DNA from: Tubiluchus corallicola
Taxonomy: Eukaryota; Animalia; Priapulida
Length of the DNA: 64,000 nucleotides
Assembly (NCBI GenBank): GCA_030141605.1
Contig: JAQGDQ010000536.1
Coordinates: forward strand, 85,216 to 149,215
Reading direction: 5' to 3'
This document shows, piece after piece, positions 27,516 to 41,015 of the stretch (position 1 is the stretch's first letter; the number at the start of each line of letters is the position of its first letter). The notes beneath the pieces are model-generated. The model had not been told where the DNA came from and did no database searches. It was given only the letters and a program-made list of their open reading frames with translations. Made by a program: the position numbers and the translations under genes.

Positions 27516-27979
27516 TTATTAGTTTATCACCATTTTTAAAATAGCAAAATACATAACTAACAGATTTATAAATCTGTACAACGTACAATAATATTACAAA
27601 GTGCAAAAGTAATTATTGATTAGTGGTGAAAGGGTGGCGAAAGAACTATACGTTATCGAGGTCAGCCACCCTCTCAGGATTGTTACTAATATAATTAATT
27701 AGTTAATGCGCATGTACCAGGTAATAAAAATTATCAGATTTTGCATTTAAGACGAATGAAAATTGAACGTTATACGAATGTGTTAGTTTATAATAAAATA
27801 ATGGGAAAGAAGAGACACACGTGACTATCTTTAAATAATATTTTAACCATTACGTATTTAAAACTAATGTTATGAGGAACTAGAGCCAAAGGAAGAAAAA
27901 AAATGAATTTTCCGCTGAATTAGCAGACCAGTAGAAAAGAAATTGATACACTCACCGTAATTTGCGTGGTGTAAATACA

Positions 27980-28245
27980 TAATTAGTGCATAATGTTCTA
28001 TACTGTAGGCTCTGCCTATATAAACTGGTTGTATGTTTGTAAAAATTTTCCACTGACGATGACAGCAGTAACTCTGTCGAAACGTTTGACATGATTTTTT
28101 AACTGTGTAAATTAAAAAACTTTTAATAGAGCTGTGAAATTTACCACTGATGATGACAGCAGTAGCTCCGTCGAAACGTTTGACATGATTTTTAAACTGT
28201 GTAAATTAAAAAATTTTTAATAAAGTTGTGTTTTAACTACAAATA
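27980..28245 (+). mobile_element. Penelope-like element terminal repeat, partial tandem, with two hammerhead-like cores
   Basis: CTGACGA-stem-GAAACGTT at 28053-28086 and CTGATGA-stem-GAAACGTT at 28147-28180. An inverted copy lies at about 27270-27372. Confidence 0.6.
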
Positions 28246-28639
28246 ATCTAATAATTATATAAGGATATGTATGTATGAGTAAAATAGATTAAAAAGCCAG
28301 ACTAATTTTCTGGTATGACTTATAAAAGCTAATAATTGCAAAGTATAATAGCAAAAATATCCCAAGAATCAGATAGAAACCGTAATTTTATTTCTTCTCT
28401 AGTTGTGAATTTCAATCTTTTAAAAGAGTAATGATAACTTTTTACTTAAAAATTTTCTTAATAATTTCACTCAATAACAACTTTCAAAATATTTATCAAA
28501 TAACAACAAGTTTCCAATACCGTAAACTCCATTGTTGGTTATTTGAAAAAACAATCTTTAGTAAATAAACCATAACTTAACTTATAAACACTATGACTTA
28601 CAAGCCTAGTCAATAATAGTATCTACATCAAAAGTTTAA

Positions 28640-29303
28640 AAGCGCGTTCAGACTAGCGAGTTTTCTGTCAGGAGTTTTTTCTCTGACAGCAAACTCGCAA
28701 GTGTGAAACTGCTTTACGAGTTACTGTAGGCAAGTTAGTGCAAACTCTCCGACAGTTGCTATGAGTTGATTCCCTGCAAGTTACTCTCTAATGTGAACGC
28801 TTCGTCGAGTTACTCTCCACACTTCTGACAGTGAATAGAGAAGGGAGTGTGAGCTCGCGCTCACTGTTGGTGAGTAACTCACATCACGTTTTGCTCTCTA
28901 GTCTGAACACGCTCGAGAGTTACTCTCGACACTTCTTCCAGTGAATAGAGAAGGGAGTGTCAGCTCACGCTTACTGTTGGTGAGTAACTCACAGCAAGTT
29001 TTGCTCTCTAGTCTGAACACGCTCGAGAGTTACTCTCGATACTTCTCGCAGTGAATAGAGAAGGGAGTGTCAGCTCGCGCTTACTGTTGGTGAGTAACTC
29101 ACAGCAAGTTTTGCTCTCTAGTCTGAACACGCTCGAGAGTTACTCTCGATACTTCTTCCAGTGAATAGAGAAGAGAGTGTCAGCTCAGGCTTGCTATCGG
29201 AAGAGAGTAACTCGCAGCAGGTGTTGCTCTCTAGTCTGAACACACTTGTGAGTTATTTTCCAAGTTTACTTGGCGAGAAAACTCCTTTGTGTGAACGCCT
29301 CCT
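28640..29303. mobile_element. MITE-like element (possibly PIF/Harbinger type) with about 4 internal 107-bp tandem units
   Basis: Inverted ends GCGTTCAGACTAGCGAGTTTT and AAAACTCCTTTGTGTGAACGC. Internal unit cagtgaatagagaagggagtgt...ctagtctgaacacgctcgagagttactctc. Confidence 0.65.
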
Positions 29304-30019
29304 TAAGGCCATTTCATAGTGATGACGCAAGGAGTTGCTGACAGAAAATCACAAAACTTTCAGAATTTTTTTGATTTTTTCGCGAAATCCCATGCAGCAA
29401 GAAAGTTCATTTCACAGTTGCAGGCTGTAACTGTTACTCCTCATCATGAACAACGAAGAGACATCAGGATTTTAATCAGTGCTTACTGCTGTTACGATAG
29501 TATTAATAACTGTCGTTATTAGGTGCACCCATTTAATGAAAAATGAAACAGCATCATGCCGTTATTGCTACCTAATATGGGTGCAATAACTGATATCTGA
29601 GAGATGATTTGCAGAAATTTTACAGTTACACTAGTATATAGCTATGACCGTTGCGTAGATGATGTATAAAATCGTCTGTCAATTAAAAGAGAAATTAAAT
29701 CTTGTAACTTTAAGTACTGAAATGCGTTAATTGTTGTTCATTAAACATGCAATTGAGCAGTTAAATTTTAGTCTGAAATCCGCGAGGAACATGCAGTATT
29801 TCTACCATGCGGCAAAATTCCTCACGAGGAGGACGCATAGCTTCTAGCTGGCAGCAGAATTCCTCACGAGGAGGACGCATAGCTTCTAGCTGGCAGCAGA
29901 ATTCATCGCAAGAATTTTGCCGAGTGTCAAAATTATGAAATACGCCATAGAAACCATGTTCCATTTTCGTGAGGAATGACGCCAGGAATTTCTCCTCCAG
30001 GCATTTTGTTGCGCATCCT

Positions 30020-30830
30020 CGCTTTAATAAGAAAATTTTCCATGCGACCAGATGATGTTAAAATCATGCTATTTAAGAGTTACTGTTGCAAGGTTTACTG
30101 TATGCCTGTATGGACTAATTATAGTAATGGTGTGATAAACAGGCTGCGTATTGCATACAGCAATGGTATAGGAAAACTGTTTCGCTTAAAGCATGATTGC
30201 AGTGCTTCTAGCATGTGTGTAAACCTATCTACGATTGCAGTGCTTCTAGCACGTGTGTAAACCTATCTACCATTGCAGTGCTTCTAGCACGTGTGTAAAC
30301 CTATCTACGACTGCAGTGCTTCTGACATGTGTGTAAACCTATCTACGCTTGCAGTGCTTCTAGCATGTGTGTAAACCTATCTACGATTGCAGTGCTTCTA
30401 GCATGTGTGTAAACCTATCTACGATTGCAGTGCATCTAGCATGTGTGTAAACCTATCTACGATTGCAGTGCTTCTAGCACGTGTGTAAACCTATCTACGA
30501 TTGCAGTGCTTCTAGCACGTGTGTAAACCTATCTACGATTGCAGTGCTTCTAGCACGTGTGTAAACCTATCTACGATTGCAGTGCTTCTAGCACGTGTGT
30601 AAACCTATCTACGATTGCAGTGCTTCTAGCACGTGTGTAAACCTATATCTACCACATTTTAGTCATATTCGCAGTAGATCATGTTGTAGCGTTCGTAATA
30701 GGTTACTACTGTACACTGGCAATAGTATTATAACTGCTATTATTAACTCATATTGACTTGTCAAATCTTGCTTTTTGGGAAATGGAACGAATTATTACAT
30801 AATTACATAATTTGCCTCTAAAATTTATTT
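30020..30830 (+). mobile_element. Non-LTR retrotransposon 3' fragment containing a 38-bp minisatellite
   Basis: Frame IRKFSMRPDDVKIMLFKSYCCKVYCMPVWTNYSNGVINRLRIAYSNGIGKLF...CSASSM is typical of the post-RT region of CR1-group LINEs. Confidence 0.6.
30195..30648. repeat. 38-bp minisatellite, about 12 copies
   Basis: (GATTGCAGTGCTTCTAGCACGTGTGTAAACCTATCTAC)n. Confidence 0.95.
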
Positions 30831-30836
30831 AACTTT

Positions 30837-30880
<44 letters not shown>

Positions 30881-30975
30881 AAAGTTAATCAATGTATGTA
30901 CATATATTGATGATCAATCAGTGTTAGTTACTAAAAGCTTTCACTAAAAATTTACTAACCTTGAATATATATTAC

Positions 30976-31007
<32 letters not shown>

Positions 31008-31965
31008 ATGAAATAAACAATATATTTCATTTTAACACTGTATTTGTATTTTATATGGTCTTAATTACCGAAGTAAGAATTTGAATTGAATTGAATTGCG
31101 AAATGTCCTAAGTTTTAACAGCTGCTAATTTGCAGTAATCTACCTTGTACATCCTAAAACGATAATAATTATCAGCTGTTTACGTCTGCTTAACATAAAT
31201 TTTAATAAAGTGCAGGAGGTTTTTTTAAATAAACTATACAGAAGCCGACATAGCACAAGGAAACAGTGTTTTTAGGCGCATGGTGAACACGTGAGTGGTT
31301 TTCATTGATATAAACTTAGGCAAGGGTAGGCTAGGTACACGCACTGTACCAGCATTTTAGCCTTAGTCGAGAAAATCAAAACCGTTGCAGTGTTATGGAA
31401 AAGCAGTGTTATCTTATAAGGGTATGGCGCTGGGGCAAACAAGATTTATGTAACAGACAAAATTATTCAAAACATGAATTATTAATGATAGAAATATGTA
31501 AATTTACGTGCCACCTTTTTCATAAAAAACTTGCAAATTACAGGTTTTAGGATTTTCTGCTGTTCTGGAGTCTTAGTAAGTCGTCTATTCATAGATGTAA
31601 GTGTCGCGTTAACATGCAGTTCTTTTACATAATGTTATGCTTACAGTTTTTAATAGACGATGTTACCTAAGTCACTCACTAGATTGATTTTCAGTTTTCT
31701 TTGTCGTATGAGCAATGGCTGAAATAAAAACATTTCTTACTTAGGACTAAGGTACTTAGGCAGAGCATGGGATGTATAGTCCCAGGTCTAGGGTTCAAGT
31801 ACCGACTAGTGCACAATTTTTCAGCGTCTTCTTTCTTCAACTCATTATCCACAGTGGGTTATAAGTGTTGTGAACTAAACCGCAATGGTTTATGATCATT
31901 CTGGAATTTACAGCCATAATCTAATTAACGATATCGTTAATTGCCAGCTAATTTGAAAAAGTTCA

Positions 31966-31997
<32 letters not shown>

Positions 31998-32527
31998 CAC
32001 TTACTCACTTACTCACTCACTCACTCACTCACTCACTCACTCACTCACTCACTCACTCACTCACTCACTCACACACTTACTTACTTATTTACTTACTTAC
32101 TTACTTACTTACTTTCTCACTCACTCACTTACTTGCTTACTTACTCAGTCACTCACTCACTCACTCACTTACTTATTTATTCACTCACCCATTCACTCGC
32201 TCATGCACTCACTACTCACTAACTCACTCACTTATTCACTTACTAAAATCTCTTGAATCATTGATTCAGCTGCCAAGTGGTCATTTGGTTGCTGTTGCAA
32301 TTTTCATTGACTTTTCATAAATTTATAAAAATAATAATGATACTATTCAGACATCAATGGGAGAGCCACTTAAACACTAAACAGTATTCAACAGATTGTT
32401 AAAATCTTGTGATTGTATGATCCATTGGCACCCCTAAACATACGTACAATTTTAACATACTGCTTGATCTAAAAAAACATCACAGACACCTTATTTGGTC
32501 GTAACCTATACTGCTATATAATTATTT

Positions 32528-34243
32528 AATGTGGCAGTCAAGTGAAAAATCAAATTTCTTGACTAAAGTTGATGTTTATGTTTCTACGTTCTGCAACTTC
32601 CAATGTAGCAATCAAGTGAAAAACCAAATTTCTTGACTAAAGTTGATGTTATGTTTCTACGTTCTATGCACGTTCTCAACTTCCAATGTAAAAACCCAAC
32701 CTGTAGCATCAAGTGAAAAACCAAATTTCTTGACTAAAGTTGATGTTATGTTTCACGTTCTTCAACTTCAATGGCAGTCATGAAAAACCAATTTCTTGAC
32801 TAAATTGATGCTATGTTTCTACGTTCTTCAACTTCCAATGTGGCAGTCAAGTGAAAAACCAAATTTCTTGACTAAGTTGATGTTTATGTTTCTACGTTCT
32901 GCAACTTCCAATGTAGCAATCAAGTGAAAAACCAAATTTCTTGACTAAAGTTGATGTTATGTTTCTACGTTCTTCAACTTCCAATGTAGCAGTCAAGTGA
33001 AAAACCAAATTTCTTGACTAAAGTTGATGTTATGTTTCTACGTTCTTCAACTTCCAATGTGGCAATCAAGTGAAAAACCAAATTTCTTGACTAAAGTTGA
33101 TGTTATGTTTCTACGTTCTTCAACTTCCAACGTGGCAGTCAAGTGAAAAACCAAATTTCTTGACTAAAGTTGATGTAATGTTTCTACGTTCTTCAACTTC
33201 CAATGTGGCAGTCAAGTGAAAAATCAAATTTCTTGACTAAAGTTGATGTTATGTTTCTACGTTCTTCAACTTCCAATGTGGCAGTCAAGTGAAAAACCAA
33301 ATTTCTTGACTAAAGTTGATGTTATGTTTCTACGTTCTTCAACTTCCAATGTGGCAGTCTAGTGAAAAACCAAATTTCTTGACTAAAGTTGATGTTAATG
33401 TTTCTACGTTCTTTCAACTTCCAATGTGGCAGTCAAGTGAAAAACCAACTTTCTTGACTAAAATTGATGCTATGTTTCTACGTTCTTCAACTTCCAATGT
33501 GGCAGTCAAGTGAAAAACCAAATTTCTTGACTAAAGTTGATGTTATGTTTCTACGTTCTTCAACTTCCTATGTAGCAGTCAAGTGAAAAACCAAATTTCT
33601 TGACTAAAGTTGATGTTAATGTTTCTACGTTCTTTCAACTTCCAATGTGGCAGTCAAGTGAAAAACCAACTTTCTTGACTAAAATTGATGCTATGTTTCT
33701 ACGTTCTTCAACTTCCAATGTGGCAGTCAAGTGAAAAACCAAATTTCTTGACTAAAGTTGATGTTAATGTTTCTACGTTCTTCAACTTCCAATGTGGCAG
33801 TCAAGTGAAAAACCAAATTTCTTGACTAAAGTTGATGTTAATGTTTCTACGTTCTTCAACTTCCAATGTGGCAGTCAAGTGAAAAATCAAATTTCTTGAC
33901 TAAAGTTGATGTTAATGTTTCTACGTTCTTCAACTTCCAATGTGGCAGTCAAGTGAAAAACCAAATTTCTTGACTAAAGTTGATGTTATGTTTCTACGTT
34001 CTTCAACTTCCAATGTGGCAGTCAAGTGAAAAACCAAATTTCTTGACTAAAGTTGATGTTATGTTTCTACGTTCTTCAACTTCCAATGTGGCAGTCAAGT
34101 GAAAAACCAAATTTCTTGACTAAAGTTGATGTTAATGTTTCTACGTTCTTCAACTTCCAATGTGGCAGTCAAGTGAAAAACCAAATTTCTTGACTAAAGT
34201 TGATGTTAATGTTTCTACGTTCTTCAACTTCCAATGTGGCAGT
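32528..34243. repeat. 59/60-bp satellite array, about 29 copies
   Basis: (AATGTGGCAGTCAAGTGAAAAACCAAATTTCTTGACTAAAGTTGATGTTATGTTTCTACGTTCTTCAACTTCC)-like units, highly homogeneous. Confidence 0.95.
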
Positions 34244-34879
34244 GTTCGCGTATCATCTGTTTTAAAATATCATGTCAGTTTGTTTGCAAAACTGGTGCTT
34301 GGTGTTGATAAAATTTCCATCTATTACAAAAACCATCAAGGTTGTGTTAAAACTTCAAGAACTTGATGTTGATAAATCGTTGCCTGCCTGGTCCCTAACA
34401 CTGTAACCCCTGAAAGTATTCTCCAGTTACGTGACAGTCGGCTACACGCCACACATTTTGGTAAGACGTATTTGATGTTTGTTGTTCCTAAAACGAAGCA
34501 TTTTCAGTTTTCGACAGATGACAAGTGTCAACTGAGCTCGATGTCCTCACAATCAGTCAACAATGCTGGAACAACTAGAGCTCGTGTGAAACAGATCTGC
34601 TCTTCCTCGAGAAATATAATCTTAGGGTTGCTTTGCAGGAGAGCTTCGCAGTGTTTGAGCAGCATTGATTAATAAGGTGGTATTTGTAAAGCATCGATTA
34701 TTTTCATGGTACTTGTTTACAGATGCAAGAAATTCAGTGGTTTTACCTACAATCGTCTCATCTCACCGCATACCATCTGTTTTTAGGCTACCATATAGAT
34801 TAGCTTAGATTAGCTTAATTTAATCTGGCTCATTGGTTAGCTTGACTTACCTGAGCAATACAGTCCTTGCCTTGCTTTG

Positions 34880-35580
34880 ACTAACCTTACTTTATCTTAC
34901 CTTACTCATCCTTACCTTTCTTTTAATTATCTTACGTCACATTACCTTACCTTACCTTACCTTACCTTACCTTACCTTACCTTACCTTACCTTACCTTAC
35001 CTTACCTTACCTTACCTTACCTTACCTTACCTTACCTTACCTTACCTTACCTTACCGTATGGTTAATTTACTTTCCTTACCTTGCTTTGCCATGTCTTAC
35101 CTTATCTTATCTTACTTAAGCTTACCTTACCTTATCTTAACTTGCCTTGTTTAGCTTACCTTATCTTAAGTTATCTTACCATACATCACCTTATTTTACC
35201 TTATTCTTACTTTATTTTACCTTATTTTACTTTTCCTTTCTTTACCTTACCTTACCTTACCTTACCTTACCTTACCAAGTCTTACGTTATCTTACCTTTC
35301 CTTACTTTACCTGCCCTTATTTTACCTCGTCTTACCTTGCCTCCCCTTACTTAACCTCATTCTTACGTTACCTTACCTTACCTTACATTACCTTACCTTA
35401 CCTTACCTTACCTTACCTTACCTTACCTTACCTTACCTTACCTTACCTTACCTTGCCTTACCTTACCTTACCTTACCTTACCTTACCTTACCTTGCCTTA
35501 CCTTACCTTACCTTACCTTACCTTGCCTTACCCTACCTTACCTTACCTTACCTTACTTTAATATACCTTACTTTAACTAA
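34880..35580. repeat. (CCTTA)n pentamer, partly degenerate
   Basis: Direct inspection. Confidence 0.95.
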
Positions 35581-36079
35581 TCTAAAATGTCATGGATCAG
35601 AAATTCTATTTGATTGCGGTTATGAGACCATGGGTGATCGCGGGTTCAATAGCCATTCTGGGCGAGTTCATCTGCTTATAGAGACTCCATAAGGTCCTGT
35701 GTTTCATGTTTATAGGATTAGCTTTTGTAATGATTTTGAATTAAACAAATATCTACCTCGGCCCTTTCTCTAAGTAGTGAATCACTGCTTGAATACTGAA
35801 GTGCATTAAAAAAATGTATCGATGTTCTATCTTGTTCACTGAAATGTTGCTTTTACAGCTGCAACTAGACTGAAGACTGATAATGACGTCTCTTCTCGTA
35901 ATTACTTACCATCTTAATTTAGAACTAGCTCAAATGTCATGTTTATTTCTTGATGTACGAGTCGATCATTGTTGCTCAGGAAACAGTCTGCCAATTCTGG
36001 TGCAAAGTAAACGAAGACACCTTCTATACAAGTCTATTCTCTATTATAAGTGAGATACGACTTCGCCCAATGATTTATA

Positions 36080-36415
36080 CGGTGCCATTTTTACCTGTGC
36101 CATTTTACCTACTCTCTTTTTGTACCATTTTTGTCCTGTACCATGTTTACCGTGCTATTTTTTCCTGTGCCATTTTACCTACTCTCTTTTTGTACCATTT
36201 TTGTCCTGTACCATGTTTACCGTGCTATTTTTTCCTGTGCCATTTTACCTACTCTCTTTTTGTGCCATTTCTGTCTTGTACCATGTTCACCGTGCTATTT
36301 TTGCTGTGCCGTTTTTTTCTGTGCCATTTTTACCTGTGCCATTTTACCTACTTTTCCATTTGGCCATTTTTCATGAGCCATTTATCTGTGCCTGTCCCAT
36401 TTTTACCTACATTCG
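36080..36415. mobile_element. Subterminal repeat array (gtgccattttt units) related to the ends of the 44675-45286 element
   Basis: Repeated GTGCCATTTTTACCT units ending TTTTACCTACATTCG, whose reverse complement resembles CGAATACAGGTAAAA. Confidence 0.55.
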
Positions 36416-37094
36416 ATTTCTGCTGCCATCTTGCACAAAAATTTATTCGCCAGTTGCTATTTACAATGGCGCGTCCATTGTTCTTGGCGCTATTTATCAT
36501 TGTTTTCTTTCTTGTGATTCTATCTAAAACATCACTACTGTATTAGATCTGTTTTTATAGCATAATTATATCTGACCAACGTACAATTGCAGTATATTAT
36601 AAAATTTAATATTAGAATAAGGGCAACATATACAGGTCAGTATGCCCTCGCTTATGGCATTCTTTTGTTATACCATGACGTAGCACTTTTGCACTGTACT
36701 GTGCTTTTGTGCACAATAAAGCGATTCTTATTCTTATTTTTACAGATTTGGTTGTATCGACAATGACTGGCTTGGAAATAGAAAGCTCACAAAATAAAAA
36801 AGTCAATTCGATTCAATTCAAATTTTTATTCCGCTAACGAAGACCATATAAAATACGAATACAAAACACGACTATTTATGATTCTCATTCTTTCATTGAG
36901 GATTTCCTCAGACGATTTGCTTATGTTAAAAACAGTGAGCCCACATTTGTCAGCGCTTTGTTCCTAGATCATTCTACGGGAGGATCGTTTAAGTGGGATT
37001 TATCAAGCTTCTTCCTGGAATGTTTTGTGAAGAATCATCAGAGTGTTTGATATAACACTTCAGAATTTTCCTGCGAGCTTTGCATCTAGAACAA

Positions 37095-37485
37095 TTAACG
37101 AACTTGCCTAAAATCTTGTCTAAAATCGTTCTTAACGAATCTTGTCTAAGATCTTGTCCTAAATCGTTCTTAACGATTCTTGTCTAAAATCGTTCTTATC
37201 GAATCTTGTGTAAGATCATTCTTAACGAATCTTGCCAAATGTCGTTCTTATCGAATCTTGTTTAAGATCGTTCTTAATGAATCTCCTCTAAGATCTTGTC
37301 TAAAATCGTTGTTAACGAATCTTGTCTAAAATCGTTCTTATCGAATCTTGTCTAAGATCGTTCTCAACGAATCTCCTCTAAGATCTTGTCTAAAATCGTT
37401 CTTAACGAATCTTGTCTAAGATTTTCTTAACGAATCTTATCTAAGATCGTTCTTAGCGAATCTTGTCTAAGATCTTGTCTAAGAA
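37095..37485. repeat. Irregular minisatellite of 11-bp-like subunits
   Basis: Mixed TCTTGTCTAAGA and TCGTTCTTAACGAA units. Confidence 0.85.
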
Positions 37486-38204
37486 TATACTCTTTGAGCC
37501 CGAAGTTGGTGTGTAACTATCATTCCTAGCCCACACACCTATTATTTCACATACCTCTGTGTTTTCTTCATCGATTTAGCCAACACACATTTATTTAATG
37601 GCTTTACTTAAGCTATATTCAAGTCCTAAATACGATCACCAACTGTGTTGGCTATAGGGCTTAATTTCCCACATCTGAGAAGCACTGCAGGCTAGAATCT
37701 TGCTAATCTGAATGTAATTTGTACCGGATACGATCATACGAATGCTTACAGGAATCTGATGATATACTTCCTGTTGGGAGTTCACAGGAGCGCATCAATC
37801 ATTTCCTGATGAGTCTCAGTCTGTCATCTGTCTCGCGCACCAGGTTTTAAACGGAGTAGTATTGTGGAATGGTAGACGCACATCAAAAGTTCTGACCATA
37901 CTGGTTCGAATCTCTGCAAACGCTTGATTTTATTCCCAATCGCAATATTTTTTAGCTTTAAACATTCCGCAACTATCTTCTTTTCTTACAGACAGCAAAG
38001 GCATTTTTATTGGACGCAGATATTGTATTTTAAATAGTTTCGCATTGTCATGTACTGTACGCACTATGTCGACAACCATTCTAGTCTCTAAACAATATAT
38101 TGAGAGCTTACACGCGTCATTACGTAGCAGATGCATATGGTTAGAAAGTAAATTATTTGCTCCATAAAACGATTGTTGAGCTTCTCATTATTATTATTAT
38201 TATT

Positions 38205-38258
<54 letters not shown>

Positions 38259-39086
38259 ATTGTTTATTGTTATTGACTTAAAACAAGTTTTTACTCATAA
38301 AATTGCAGCTAAAATTTGGCGTGAAACTGATCCTGTCTGGGATAATTTTCGATTTCTAATGCAGACAAAGTGTGCTTATATTATTCGTACGTGACAACTA
38401 ATAGATACCATAGCTCAAAGCATTTTTAGGTCATTCTTTTTCTTTCTCTTATTTGCCAATTCACTTATGAACTTTCCGTCCAGTTAACCAATTACTGGTT
38501 TGATATGAAGTTGCTTGGTTAGTTGGTCGATTGGTTAGTTAGTTAGACTGTGGTTTGGTTGGTTGGGTAGTTGATAGGGTAGTTGGCTGGCTGATTGGTT
38601 TGTTTGTTTGTTTGTGGGTTGCTTGGTTGGTTGGTTAGTTAGATTATTAGTTGGTTGGATGGTTGATAGGGTAGTTGGCTGGTTGATTGTTTTTTTTGTG
38701 TTTTTTTCGGGTTGCTTGATTGGTTGGTCTATTGATTAGTTAGATGATTGTTGGTTGGATGGTTGATTGGGTAGTTGGCTGGTTGGTTGGTTTGTTTGTT
38801 GGTTGGTTGGTTCGTTGCTTGTTTGCTTTGGTTAACTGGTTGGTTGGCTGGTATTACGGCTGTTGGATTAATTGTTTGTTATTTTGTTAGTTCGTTCATT
38901 TATTTGTTCGTTTTTTCTTTCTTCATTCTTTTGATTACTCGTTCACTTACTCATTAAACCAGTTATGGAACAATACCACATGACACGACACGACACGATA
39001 CAGCGTGTCAATGATATACAATGCAGTAATGAATACCGAATCTTTATGCATATTTAAGTCTAGTAATGCAGCAAGTCAATACTTAC

Positions 39087-39826
39087 TGTTTGTCTCCATT
39101 GGAATCTGTGTATTGACTCAAATAAAGCCCAGTTAAGTCGTCTCTAAGCTTTCCTCTAAAGGTCAACGTGACATCTAGCGTCTGATTAGGAAGTAAAACT
39201 TCGCTCAAATGCACAATAAAAAACTGTCTTCGCTCGTCAGTTTCAGTTTCAGCTACATCAATTGTTTCACCGGTGACGTCATCCACAACTGTTACGTTAT
39301 TCGCATCGATTTCAAGATCTTTAGCGTGCAGGGTCACGCTCGAAGACTTCGATACTGTCAAAATTGATATTTTCACACTACCCTCAAATCTAAAATCACC
39401 AGGCTCTAGAAAAGGTTGTAAAGTCAGATCATAATGCAAGGGTAACACATTCTCTGGAAGGCGGACATCGACTCGAGGAAGGCTGACGGGTTCGGCTTGA
39501 CCTGTCTGGTTTAACAAAGTTGAATTCTCATCTCCGGTTAGAGGTTCTTCCTCCGTTTGGTTATTTCTGCTGAACATGACACCTAGTAGCACAACAATAA
39601 TCACAACTAAAAGCAGAATGATGATAGCCAGGATTGCTTGAAGCCACGAAGTCTTCAGCTGTTTATGCGGTTTATTCGGATGCAGTTTGGACATCCTTCT
39701 CGGCGGCTGCGTGTGAAAACGATGTTCTGCTTCCAAAGAATCCATTTCGTCCATTTCTCTGGGAACCTCCGTTCCGTTCTGGGTGGCCGCTTTTTCCATC
39801 TCTATATCATTAGCAGAAAGAGGCAT
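39087..39826 (-). CDS. M1 aminopeptidase N-like gene, coding exon 1 (cytoplasmic tail, TM anchor, stalk, start of N-terminal domain)
   Basis: ORF MPLSAND... has a hydrophobic segment WLQAILAIIILLLVVIIVVLLGVMF, then RLPENVLPLHYDLTLQP and GKLRDDLTGLYLSQY, typical of the M1/APN N-terminus. Ends AAA CA|GTAAGT (phase 2). Confidence 0.95.
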
Positions 39827-39911
39827 TCCGGATCACACGTGTACTAGAGGGGCACCCAAGAGTATAGTGAAGCTGACATCTGATATACTGAAGCCTAGTT
39901 ATCCCTGAATC

Positions 39912-39929
39912 GTGTGCGCATGCGCACAC
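39912..39929. promoter_or_regulatory. NRF-1/Ewg/P3A2-type palindrome upstream of the aminopeptidase ATG
   Basis: Perfect 18-bp palindrome GTGTGCGCATGCGCACAC containing the consensus TGCGCATGCGCA, about 90 bp upstream of the start codon. An Inr-like TCAGTA lies on the minus strand near 39886-39891. Confidence 0.5.
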
Positions 39930-40689
39930 ACAGTTTACTGGGAGGTCGTGATAACAGAATGTTCAAGTATAAAGCCAAGAGGAGTGAAAATTCTAACAAT
40001 GAGGAAAACACAACGACTCTCTCTGTTGCTAATAAACAAGAAAACCACAAAGGGTTATATAGAGTAAAACTTTTTTCCTACGCAAATTTTATATACGCAT
40101 GTATATGATGAAACATCAGTGTTCGAATCTTTAATTGATCATGTTATATTCATCTCATTCTTGCGTGATCTAATATAATATATATATATATCAGAAGAAA
40201 GAAGAAAGTTAATTATTTATAAAATAGAAATAGAACTCTCAGTTAAGACACTTATAATTAAAACAATAACAAAAGCTCACGTTAAACAAAAACTAGCTAA
40301 AACATCTAATGTGGCTTAAGCACAAGAAAATACTCTTCTAAAATAAGTAAAGCTTGAAGAAATTGGTCCTGAAATTTTGTATCAATCACGTGCTGTCTTA
40401 GTGCACACAGAGTTAGCGTTAGCAGTAACACTGCATACAACTTGTTACATAGTTTTGACGGCAAGTTGTTTGAAACAATTTAAATAACGTTGCGTAAAGT
40501 TTAAACAATAATTACACTACCCGTAGCACACACTTCACTAACTAAGCAAAAATATAAATTACTTTTATTATGTCAATAAGATCCATTGTGTGCCACATGT
40601 ATCCTTTTGTATTACACCTATGGAAAAATAGATGCCGTACTCGCTACCAATGCCAGGAGTTATCTATTCTTCCTGAAAATGTATTTTTA

Positions 40690-41015
40690 ACTCCACTAGA
40701 CCTTCCTTTTCATACAAATAGCAGAAGTCTAGAAAAACTATATTGTAGCATTTTACTAGGACAAGGTGACTTCAAAGATTTTCTTTTTAAAATTGGATAC
40801 ATACATGAAAATGCCTGTATATGTTCGGAGGAAGCACAAACAGTTGAACATTTGCTTTTTAATTGTACTCTGGTCGATGAAAATAAAAGGTTGGCGCTCG
40901 CAAATATCCTACAATCTCAGAACAGTAAGTAAAATTTATACCTCTCGTGACAAAAACCTGCTAGATGCTTTCATTGAGTTAGTCTGTGATCCATTTTTGC
41001 AAACTTTAGTATAAA
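40690..41015 (+). mobile_element. Non-LTR retrotransposon C-terminal zinc-knuckle fragment (R1/LOA/I-like)
   Basis: ILLGQGDFKDFLFKIGY...CICSEEAQTVEHLLFNC matches the LTGHG.F..YL..IG....C.C....TVEHLLF.C pattern. Confidence 0.65.

Noticed and set aside
34880-35580. (CCTTA)n or (TCTAA)n as telomeric repeats
   Set aside because: They are not TTAGG or TTAGGG permutations; ordinary pentamer microsatellites.
35950-36546. 198-aa hydrophobic Cys/Phe-rich ORF
   Set aside because: Mostly the translation of a subterminal tandem repeat array.
37853-37925. tRNA gene (GGTTCGAATC box)
   Set aside because: No acceptor stem or full cloverleaf; likely a SINE head, like the segments near 4060-4110 and 35610-35670.
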